DNA from: a virus
Strand: one strand, 5' to 3'
DNA: 7,118 nucleotides
UHGV virus genome: UHGV-0319381
The translations under genes and the position numbers were made by a program. Positions 1 through 6,137 of the stretch are shown piece by piece. The notes under the pieces are model-generated. The model worked only from the letters and a program-made list of their open reading frames with translations, ran no database searches and was not told the DNA's origin. Within the stretch, counting starts at the first letter, position 1; each line of letters begins with the position of its first letter.

Positions 1-108
1 TTTCACGCTCAGGTTTCCGCCATCACTATAAAACGTGTTTTTCTCCGCTGGCTTACCATGAAGTTTCCTTAGCAAGGTATCGCTCAGTTTGTTCATTGCT
101 CTGCTCAC
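1..108 (-). CDS. 5' fragment of a second, divergently oriented integrase copy (first 36 codons, MSRAMNKLSDTLL...), continuing beyond the window edge
   Basis: Minus-strand GTG at 108-106 preceded by the same GAGGGGG RBS (complement of 115-121); nucleotide-identical to 264-371. Whether the copy is full length cannot be seen. Confidence 0.4.
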   Translation of the reverse strand, partial: MSRAMNKLSDTLLRKLHGKPAEKNTFYSDGGNLSVK

Positions 109-125
109 GTTTTACCCCCTCTTTA
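1..125. repeat. Left arm of a perfect inverted repeat; exact reverse complement of 247-371 and runs to the window edge
   Basis: Base-by-base comparison: position p pairs with 372-p for p=1..125; first mismatch at 126 vs 246. The arm carries the int RBS and first 36 codons in inverted orientation. Confidence 0.9.
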
Positions 126-131
126 CGAAAA

Positions 132-155
132 AGTGACTACACCAGTGACTACACC
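132..155. repeat. Tandem direct repeat AGTGACTACACC x2 in the spacer between the inverted int 5' ends
   Basis: Two perfect adjacent 12-bp copies at 132-143 and 144-155. Confidence 0.8.
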
Positions 156-246
156 GATCGTTGCACAAAGGGCTACAACGTGAAACAAGCTGGAACAAGG
201 AAAATCACAAATCTGTTGATAATCAAAAACATAATGCACAGCCTGA

Positions 247-371
247 TAAAGAGGGGGTAAAACGTGAGCAGAGCAATGAACAAACTGAGCGATACCTTGC
301 TAAGGAAACTTCATGGTAAGCCAGCGGAGAAAAACACGTTTTATAGTGATGGCGGAAACCTGAGCGTGAAA
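247..371. repeat. Right arm of the perfect inverted repeat (int RBS plus first 36 codons)
   Basis: Exact reverse complement of 1-125. Confidence 0.9.
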
Positions 372-1493
372 TATTTAACATCAGGGAAATTGACCTGGTA
401 TTTCACATACAGGGCCGGAACGGGAAGGGAGACACGACCCGAACGCATTAAGCTGGGAAGTTATCCTGATCTGAGCCTGAAAGCAGCCAGGGAAAAAGCC
501 GCACAGTGTCGCACATGGCTGGCTGAGGGGAAAAATCCACGTCATGAGATGAATTACACCGTACAGGAAGCGTTAAAGCCCGTAACGGTTGGCGATGCGC
601 TCACCTACTGGCTTGAGTCTTACGTAAAGGAAAACCGCGTGGATTATATCGCCCTGAAAAGGCGACTTAATAATCACGTAATACAGCAGATTGGTGCTAT
701 GCCGCTGGATAAATGCGAGCTACGGCACTGGCTGGCCTGTTTTGACCAGGTGGCAAAGCGAACGCCTGTTACTGCCGGATTCGTGCTACAGGCGTGCAAA
801 CAGGCGCTTAAGTTCTGCCGTAGGCGGCGCTATGCAATCAGCAACGTTCTGGACGATCTGAACGTGGCGGACGTTGGGAAAAAACCGGATATAAGCGAAC
901 GTGTCTTAAGTAACAAAGAACTTGGCGAATTATTGCAGGCACTGGACAAAAAAATATTTTCCCCTTACTACGTCGCGTTAATCCGCCTCCTGATTGTCTT
1001 CGGAGCCAGGACGGTAGAACTGAGGCTATCGGAGATCGGGGAGTGGGATTTTACGGAAATGCTATGGACCGTTCCGAAGGAGCACAGCAAAACGAAGGTC
1101 GCAATATTCCGGCCCATACCGGAAGCGATCCTGCCGTTCGTCACGCAGCTGGTGGAGCAGAACAGGCACACGGGCTTATTGCTGGGGGAAGTGAAACAGG
1201 AGGCCAGCGTATCGCAGTATGGAAGATTAGCGCACAGGAGGCTTAATCATCCTCACTGGTCACTGCATGACATCCGGCGCACCTTTACAACCATGCTGAA
1301 CGATTTAGGCGTTGATCCGCATGTCGTGGAGCAGCTTACAGGTCATCAGATGCCAGGAATGCAGCGAGTTTATAATCATTCCCGTTATCTGGATGCTAAA
1401 CGCAATGCGCTGGATATGTGGATGGAGCGGTTAGGGATACTGGCGGGAACACATGAAAACGTAACCACGCTACCAGTAGCCAGAAGAAAATAA
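264..1493 (+). CDS. int: Site-specific tyrosine integrase, P4-type (409 aa)
   Basis: GTG start with GAGGGGG RBS 6 nt upstream. The N-terminus (KLSDT...GGNLSVKYLTSGKLTWYFTYR) aligns by eye with the N-terminal arm-binding region of CP4-57 IntA-like integrases. C-terminal tyrosine-recombinase signatures are present: ARTVELR, HDIRRTF, and Tyr in VYNHSRYLD. Confidence 0.9.
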   Translation: MSRAMNKLSDTLLRKLHGKPAEKNTFYSDGGNLSVKYLTSGKLTWYFTYRAGTGRETRPERIKLGSYPDLSLKAAREKAAQCRTWLAEGKNPRHEMNYTVQEALKPVTVGDALTYWLESYVKENRVDYIALKRRLNNHVIQQIGAMPLDKCELRHWLACFDQVAKRTPVTAGFVLQACKQALKFCRRRRYAISNVLDDLNVADVGKKPDISERVLSNKELGELLQALDKKIFSPYYVALIRLLIVFGARTVELRLSEIGEWDFTEMLWTVPKEHSKTKVAIFRPIPEAILPFVTQLVEQNRHTGLLLGEVKQEASVSQYGRLAHRRLNHPHWSLHDIRRTFTTMLNDLGVDPHVVEQLTGHQMPGMQRVYNHSRYLDAKRNALDMWMERLGILAGTHENVTTLPVARRK

Positions 1494-1510
1494 TTTTTTT
1501 CGTGTTTTTT

Positions 1511-1526
1511 CAGTATGCGCATACTG
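1511..1526. repeat. Perfect 16-bp palindrome CAGTATGCGCATACTG just downstream of int
   Basis: Self-complementary 8+8 bp; preceded, not followed, by T-runs, so not a canonical intrinsic terminator on the + strand. Confidence 0.7.
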
Positions 1527-1532
1527 GATATG

Positions 1533-1586
1533 CGAACAGATACAACATGCAACAATGAGCAACAATGCGGAACAACTACGAACAAG
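1533..1586. repeat. Helically phased AACAA-type repeats (6 units at about 10-bp spacing), including GCAACAATG x2
   Basis: AACAGA, ACAACA, AACAAT, AACAAT, AACAAC, AACAAG recur about every 10 bp; GCAACAATG at 1549-1557 and 1559-1567. Confidence 0.6.
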
Positions 1587-1680
1587 AGACGAAAAAGTGT
1601 ACGGATTTATAAGTAGCTGATTTTTAATGTGTTACTGGTTTTTTATACACTAGCGAATCACTCTTTAAATAGCGAGAAAA

Positions 1681-1707
1681 AAGGCATGAAACAATATTTT
1701 ATGCCTT
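1681..1707 (-). terminator. Possible intrinsic terminator (7-bp stem AAGGCAT/ATGCCTT, 13-nt loop), better formed on the minus strand
   Basis: On the minus strand the hairpin is followed by TTTTTCT; on the plus strand it is followed by TGTATT only. Confidence 0.25.
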
Positions 1708-1867
1708 TGTATTAACATGAATTTAAATGATTTTATCCTGATTATTCCTGTTTCTGTAAACCATACGACCTCAACATTTGCCAACTCTGAATCATCCTGA
1801 CACAATCAGACACATCCCAACGCAATAGAACACGAAATAACTCTTTAAGAAACGAAAGGGGGCAATA

Positions 1868-2056
1868 GTGTTAAGCACTGATCGGTTTATACGTGAAAAA
1901 GAATGCGAAAAGCTAACAGGCCTTAGCCGCTCATGCCGCTACCGCCTGGAAAAGGCCGGACAATTCCCATCACGTCGTAAACTTGGCGGTCGTTCCGTTG
2001 GCTGGTCTTTATCCGAGGTTCTGGCCTGGAAGGATAGCTGCAAGGCAGTTCATTAA
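1868..2056 (+). CDS. alpA: AlpA-family transcriptional regulator / excisionase-like DNA-binding protein (62 aa)
   Basis: GTG start with GGGGG RBS 5 nt upstream. The sequence (LTGLSRSCRYRLEKAGQFPSRRKLGGRSVGWSLSEVLAWK) matches the AlpA pattern (TG..R...Y......FP....LG..SVGW...E...W) and sits directly downstream of int, as in P4-like and PICI elements. Confidence 0.85.
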   Translation: MLSTDRFIREKECEKLTGLSRSCRYRLEKAGQFPSRRKLGGRSVGWSLSEVLAWKDSCKAVH

Positions 2057-2202
2057 TCACGCTGGCGGCACACAGCCGCCACACATCAATCATCTGAACA
2101 CAGAGCTATAACCATGAAGATTGAATATACGCCAGAACGTGGGCGGGGATTCGTTCGCCCTGGTGAGACTGGAAAACCACAAAATTGGGGTTTTTCAGGC
2201 AT

Positions 2203-2230
2203 AAAAAAAGCGGCCCCGAAATGGAGCCGC
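2203..2230 (-). terminator. Probable intrinsic terminator for the minus-strand RHH/57-aa cassette (possibly bidirectional)
   Basis: Stem GCGGC (2210-2214) pairs with GCCGC (2226-2230); on the minus strand it is followed by a T7 run (complement of A-run 2203-2209). It lies about 95 bp past the minus-strand stop at 2326. Confidence 0.4.
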
Positions 2231-2325
2231 CTTTCTGAACAGATAACACGCTGCGCCGTTTGTGTGTGTGATCCCAAACATAAGCACGGGGATGATAGCC
2301 GCTATCAGGCTGGTGGGCAATGCAA

Positions 2326-2499
2326 TCAGTCTGGTTCAGTTCGTTGCCATACCTGCAATGAGCGCTTTTCCCTGTACTCTTTAAGGAATTGCTCAAGGGC
2401 AAAAGCACATGGCGCGAATCTTTCTGATTCATGCTCTATCTTTCTGCGCCGTCTTTTCCGTGCCGGTGATAATGTTTTGGTCAATTCTTTATCGGTCAT
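2326..2499 (-). CDS. Hypothetical small basic protein (57 aa, MTDKELTKTLSPARKRRRRKIEHESERF...)
   Basis: ATG at 2499 with AGGA 7 nt upstream; same strand as and 57 bp downstream of the RHH gene; followed by the terminator-like hairpin. An alternative start at 2514 gives 62 aa. No family recognised. Confidence 0.3.
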   Translation of the reverse strand: MTDKELTKTLSPARKRRRRKIEHESERFAPCAFALEQFLKEYREKRSLQVWQRTEPD

Positions 2500-2556
2500 T
2501 GTGTTGTCCTGCATAGCAATGCGCCGTAATACCTCACACCACGGCGCTGATAGTGA

Positions 2557-2862
2557 TTATTCTGATTCTTTGGCCTTGCGGCGCTGTAGTTCTTCACGAG
2601 CGATGGCGATAAGTTGCCCGAGTTCTTCCGTAGCTTTAATACCAATTTTTTCCACTTGCGCCAATGCATCGAGAGAAGAAATCAGAGGATTTTCACTGCT
2701 TCCTTCTGCCTGGCGGCGGGCGATCTCCCCGCGCATGGCGGTTACTATGAATCCGGCGTTGCTTTCGCCGTCCAGTTTTACGGATTCCATGCCATCAAAA
2801 GCATCATGTGGGATACGAATTGAAATCTGTTTTGATTTGTCGTTGATAGTGTTTTTTGCCAT
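2557..2862 (-). CDS. Arc/Mnt-like ribbon-helix-helix DNA-binding protein, candidate repressor (101 aa)
   Basis: ATG at 2862 with AGGAGA RBS 6 nt upstream (complement of 2869-2874). The N-terminus KQISIRIPHDAFDGMESVKLDGESNAGFIVTAMRGEI fits the RHH pattern of a beta-strand with R-x-P followed by two helices. It is divergent from the rightward operon, with operators between them. Confidence 0.55.
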   Translation of the reverse strand: MAKNTINDKSKQISIRIPHDAFDGMESVKLDGESNAGFIVTAMRGEIARRQAEGSSENPLISSLDALAQVEKIGIKATEELGQLIAIAREELQRRKAKESE

Positions 2863-2884
2863 GTGCATTCTCCTAAACAAAAGA

Positions 2885-2960
2885 TGTGATTCAGTATACA
2901 CAAAAAAGAATCACAAAAAACACTTGACCTGTGATTCAGTTGAATTTAATTTAAATCACA
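2885..2960. promoter_or_regulatory. Divergent promoter/operator region: two copies of a palindromic operator TGTGATTCAGT-N-(G/A)AATCACA flanking a TTGACC -35 box
   Basis: Operator 1: TGTGATTC 2885-2892 with GAATCACA 2908-2915. Operator 2: TGTGATTC 2930-2937 with AAATCACA 2953-2960. The two are 45 bp apart. TTGACC at 2924-2929, then 17 bp to TAATTT at 2947-2952, so operator 2 overlaps the putative rightward promoter. Confidence 0.45.
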
Positions 2961-3049
2961 CCTCAGTAAGAGGATGTAAACGACAACGCCCCGAACTGTT
3001 TGCGGCAGTAGCGGGGCGTCTAACCAAACCGTTAACAGGAGTAACGATT

Positions 3050-3247
3050 ATGGCTGGAACACAGCATACCCCACGTCTGGCGCACACACAAACTGCCTTT
3101 GTGTGGCGTTTTCTGGCACTAAGTGCCGGAGAATCTCAAATCATCCACGTAACCGCCTGGACGGAACGCGAAGCGCGTAGCCGTTGCCCGTCCGGTTGTG
3201 TTGCTGTATTCGCCGCCCGTATTCGTCAGGGGTCACATCATGCGTAA
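3050..3247 (+). CDS. Small protein paralog A (65 aa) with FVWRF...TEREAR...ARIRQG..HA motifs; possibly the Icd-like/Ash-like small-protein family of P4-like elements (name uncertain)
   Basis: ATG at 3050 with ACAGGAG RBS and 8-nt spacer. Paralogous to 3534-3704. It is the only part of the long 2114-3247 ORF that looks coding. Confidence 0.55.
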   Translation: MAGTQHTPRLAHTQTAFVWRFLALSAGESQIIHVTAWTEREARSRCPSGCVAVFAARIRQGSHHA

Positions 3248-3533
3248 AAACCGCTTGCAAAAAATTATCACGGGGCTGTATGCTTCCCCCGTCGCCCACA
3301 TGGCGACCGGGTTTGACAGCCTGAATACTACAGCGGACAGCCGCTTACATTCCGATATGCGGTTTTTTTGTGTCCGTAAACCTACCCATACCCGCATTAT
3401 GGCGGGGCGTAACGGGGGAGCCTTTGCGCTCGCTGGTTCCTGTAGTGCCAGTCTGTCAACCCTGTTACGTCTCGCCACCATGTTTGACAGCGTAGTAGCG
3501 AGACTCCTTAATTTCACTACAGGAGCCTTTCAC

Positions 3534-3704
3534 ATGGCTGTATTCGCACGCCCTTATTTTGTCTGGCGCTTTATGCAGTGCCTGACAGACAGCATTGCAA
3601 TATTCACCGTTACCGCTGCCACTGAGCGCGAAGCACGTGCACAGCTGCCGCACGCACATCTGATTTTTGTCGCCCGTATTCGTCAGGGGGTGTGCCATGC
3701 CTGA
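3534..3704 (+). CDS. Small protein paralog B (56 aa) with the same FVWRF...TEREAR...FVARIRQG..HA motifs
   Basis: ATG at 3534 with identical ACAGGAG RBS and 8-nt spacer; shares a 19-bp identical stretch (GCCCGTATTCGTCAGGGG) with paralog A. A possible TTGACA-N17-CTTAAT promoter lies at 3484-3512. An alternative in-frame start at 3240 (154 aa) is not excluded. Confidence 0.55.
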   Translation: MAVFARPYFVWRFMQCLTDSIAIFTVTAATEREARAQLPHAHLIFVARIRQGVCHA

Positions 3705-4017
3705 TATGTCAAATTACCAGTACCTGATTAATCCGCATTTTAACTGTGAGCATGATATTGCTAAAAAAGTTTATTCCGCTGCGGATGGGGCTACTGACAA
3801 TATATCAATGGCTGTTGCGTCAATTGGTAGCCTGATGTGGCATGCGTCAGAAAATGAGGACTATGACGAAAAGGCCATGCGCATTGATATGGGTAATATT
3901 GGTTTGTTACTGGCAATGCTTGGACATTTTGATATTTCGTTACGGTGCACCATTGGAAATGCCACAGATGCATTAAATGCTATAAAGAAAGCGAATACTG
4001 ATTCAAATCGGGGATAA
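3697..4017 (+). CDS. Hypothetical protein (106 aa)
   Basis: ATG at 3697 with GGGGG RBS 6 nt upstream; start overlaps the stop of paralog B (ATGCCTGA). No family recognised. Confidence 0.5.
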   Translation: MPDMSNYQYLINPHFNCEHDIAKKVYSAADGATDNISMAVASIGSLMWHASENEDYDEKAMRIDMGNIGLLLAMLGHFDISLRCTIGNATDALNAIKKANTDSNRG

Positions 4018-4023
4018 ATAATC

Positions 4024-4323
4024 ATGAGAGCGTATTTATCTGGCTTTACTGCCAGCGGTTATGCACACCCCAAAATTATCCCCGGCGCTATTTATCTGGA
4101 TAAGAACGGTAACAGAGTAACGGTAAAAGAACTGATGTTTGACCGTGTGTATTTTATTCGTGATGGCTATTCATTTCATAGTTCGCTGAACGTGGAGATC
4201 TTTATTAGCAGATTCCGGCGGGAAATCCCGCTTTCCAGAAATAACCATGTGTCATGTATGGATGTTGATAAAAAACTACAGGAACTGAAAAACATGATTG
4301 CCGCGTGGAGAGAGCAGAAATGA
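4024..4323 (+). CDS. Hypothetical protein (99 aa) immediately upstream of, and translationally coupled to, the alpha-like gene
   Basis: ATG at 4024 with GGGGA RBS about 9 nt upstream; its TGA stop overlaps the ATG of the next gene (ATGA at 4320-4323). Confidence 0.5.
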   Translation: MRAYLSGFTASGYAHPKIIPGAIYLDKNGNRVTVKELMFDRVYFIRDGYSFHSSLNVEIFISRFRREIPLSRNNHVSCMDVDKKLQELKNMIAAWREQK

Positions 4324-6137
4324 AAAAAGCGCCAAATTTAAAACACCAGCCGCGTGACAAAATGACGGAAGTCATCATTTTTGCGGGTAGTGATGCGTGG
4401 GCACATGCGAAGCAGTGGCAGGAACAGGACGGGCGACTGGCTGGCGATAACGTGCCACCTGTCTGGCTTGGAGAGCAACAACTTGCCGAACTGGACAACC
4501 TGCAAATCGTACCGGACGGACGCTATCGCGTGCGTCTCTACCAGGCGGGGTTATTGCGTCCGGGGCTTGTTAATACCATCGGGCAGAAACTGGCAGCGGC
4601 AGGTGTCAGGGATGCTGATTATTACCCTGAAGGAATGCACAGCCAGAAACGGGAGAACTGGCGCGAATATCTGGAACGTGAGCGGGGAGAGCTGGCGGAA
4701 AAGAAAAAGGTAGTTGAACTGCCTGTAAAGAAAAAAGAGCGGGTAAAAGACGATAACGCTTCATCACTGGCGCTTAACCAGATGGGAGCAAGTCAACGCG
4801 GCGAAGTTCTCCTGGCACATTATGGCGGTGAACTGGCGATTCATGCTGACTCTGACACTGTTCACTATTACAACGGCGTTGTATGGGAGCCAGTACAGGA
4901 TAAAGAATTACAGCGAGCTATGGCGCAGATTTTCATTGATGCGGAGATCAGCTATTCGCAGAACGCCATTAAATCGGCGGTCGATACCATGAAGTTAAGT
5001 TTGCCTGTAATGGGGAATACAGCCCGTAACCTGATTGGATTCAGTAACGGTGTTTTTGATACCCGGACAGGCGATTTTCGGGAGCATAACAAAAACGACT
5101 GGTTGTTAATTGCCAGTGAATTACCTTTCAGCCCACCAGCAGAGGGGGAAACGCTGGCAACACATGCGCCGAATTTCTGGAAGTGGTTACGCCGTTCGGT
5201 GGCTGAGAATGACCGCAAGGCGGATCGCGTACTGGCTGCATTATTCATGGTGCTGGCGAACCGGTACGACTGGCAGTTATTCATTGAGGTAACAGGTCCA
5301 GGGGGAAGTGGTAAAAGCGTGATGGCGGAGATTTGCACCATGCTGGCGGGTAAGGCCAACACGGTATCGGCAAGCATGAAGGCGCTGGAAGATGCCAGGG
5401 AACGCGCGTTAGTGGTTGGCTTTTCGCTGATTATCATGCCGGATATGACCCGTTACGCTGGTGATGGCGCAGGAATTAAGGCCATTACAGGCGGTGACAA
5501 GGTGGCAATCGACCCGAAGCATAAAGCCCCCTACTCAACACGCATTCAGGCGGTAGTGTTGGCGGTGAACAATAACGCCATGTCATTCAGTGACCGCAGC
5601 GGGGGGATTTCACGTCGTCGGGTGATATTCAATTTTTCGGAGGTTGTACCGGAAAACGAACGCGACCCCATGCTGGCAGAAAAAATAGAAGGAGAGCTGG
5701 CGGTTGTGATTCGCCACCTGCTTACTCGTTTTTCTGACCAGGACGCAGCTAAACGCCTGCTGTATGAGCAGCAGAAATCAGAAGAAGCTCTGGTGATAAA
5801 ACGCGAGGGCGATTCGCTGGTGGACTTCTGCGGCTATCTCATGTCGTCGGTAATGTGTGATGGTCTGTTAGTGGGTAATGCCGAAATTATTCCGTTCAGT
5901 CCGCGCAGGTATCTTTATCACGCCTATCTGGCATATATGAGGGCACACGGATTCGGTAAACCTGTAACACTGACGCGCTTCGGTAAAGATATGCCGGGGG
6001 CAATGGCGGAATATGGCAGGGAGTATATGAAACGGAAAACGAAGCACGGTTTGCGTTCAAACGTGACACTGACGGAGGAATCAGAAGACTGGATGCCATC
6101 ATGTGTATCGGTCACTAATGACGACAGCAAAAATTAA
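4320..6137 (+). CDS. P4 alpha-like replication protein: SF3-type helicase / phage-plasmid primase P4-family C-terminal region (605 aa)
   Basis: ATG at 4320 with GGAG RBS; an alternative GTG at 4305 gives 610 aa. Walker A VTGPGGSGKS at about residues 325-333 and Walker B-like hydrophobic-D (LIIMPD). A long C-terminal region is followed immediately by TGTTCACC iterons. The N-terminal roughly 300 aa carry no primase signature I can recognise by eye. Confidence 0.8.
   Translation: MKKAPNLKHQPRDKMTEVIIFAGSDAWAHAKQWQEQDGRLAGDNVPPVWLGEQQLAELDNLQIVPDGRYRVRLYQAGLLRPGLVNTIGQKLAAAGVRDADYYPEGMHSQKRENWREYLERERGELAEKKKVVELPVKKKERVKDDNASSLALNQMGASQRGEVLLAHYGGELAIHADSDTVHYYNGVVWEPVQDKELQRAMAQIFIDAEISYSQNAIKSAVDTMKLSLPVMGNTARNLIGFSNGVFDTRTGDFREHNKNDWLLIASELPFSPPAEGETLATHAPNFWKWLRRSVAENDRKADRVLAALFMVLANRYDWQLFIEVTGPGGSGKSVMAEICTMLAGKANTVSASMKALEDARERALVVGFSLIIMPDMTRYAGDGAGIKAITGGDKVAIDPKHKAPYSTRIQAVVLAVNNNAMSFSDRSGGISRRRVIFNFSEVVPENERDPMLAEKIEGELAVVIRHLLTRFSDQDAAKRLLYEQQKSEEALVIKREGDSLVDFCGYLMSSVMCDGLLVGNAEIIPFSPRRYLYHAYLAYMRAHGFGKPVTLTRFGKDMPGAMAEYGREYMKRKTKHGLRSNVTLTEESEDWMPSCVSVTNDDSKN

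Noticed and set aside
126-246. tRNA gene or tRNA 3' end (att core) upstream of the integrase
   Set aside because: No cloverleaf-compatible sequence or conserved T-loop motif seen in the spacer; region is 121 bp and asymmetric. A tRNA further left, beyond the window, cannot be excluded.
968-1246. Short ORFs on both strands inside the integrase gene (968-1171 minus, 1043-1246 plus)
   Set aside because: Fully embedded in the well-supported int reading frame; typical spurious ORFs.
2063-2081. GC-rich hairpin (TGGCGGC-ACACA-GCCGCCA) just after the alpA stop, as an intrinsic terminator
   Set aside because: A stable stem is present but no T-run follows on either strand, so it is not a canonical terminator; it may be an RNA-stability element or nothing.
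2106-2432. 108-aa minus-strand ORF
   Set aside because: Overlaps the 57-aa minus ORF in another frame and the terminator-like hairpin; no RBS; composition not protein-like.
2114-3247. Long 377-aa plus-strand ORF spanning the alpA-proximal region
   Set aside because: The translation is low-complexity and Cys/Ser/Arg-rich with no start context, and it overlaps the better-supported minus-strand RHH and 57-aa genes and the operator region. Only its last 65 codons (3050-3247), which have a strong RBS and a paralog, look coding.
3240-3533. Long 154-aa form of paralog B starting at ATG 3240
   Set aside because: Not adopted as the primary call because the internal ATG at 3534 has the same strong ACAGGAG-N8 context as paralog A and the extension has no counterpart in A. 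It is kept as an alternative, not excluded.
4381-5437. ORFs nested in the alpha-like gene (4381-4713 plus, 4952-5437 minus, 5110-5292 plus)
   Set aside because: Embedded in a long gene with clear helicase motifs; no independent start signals.
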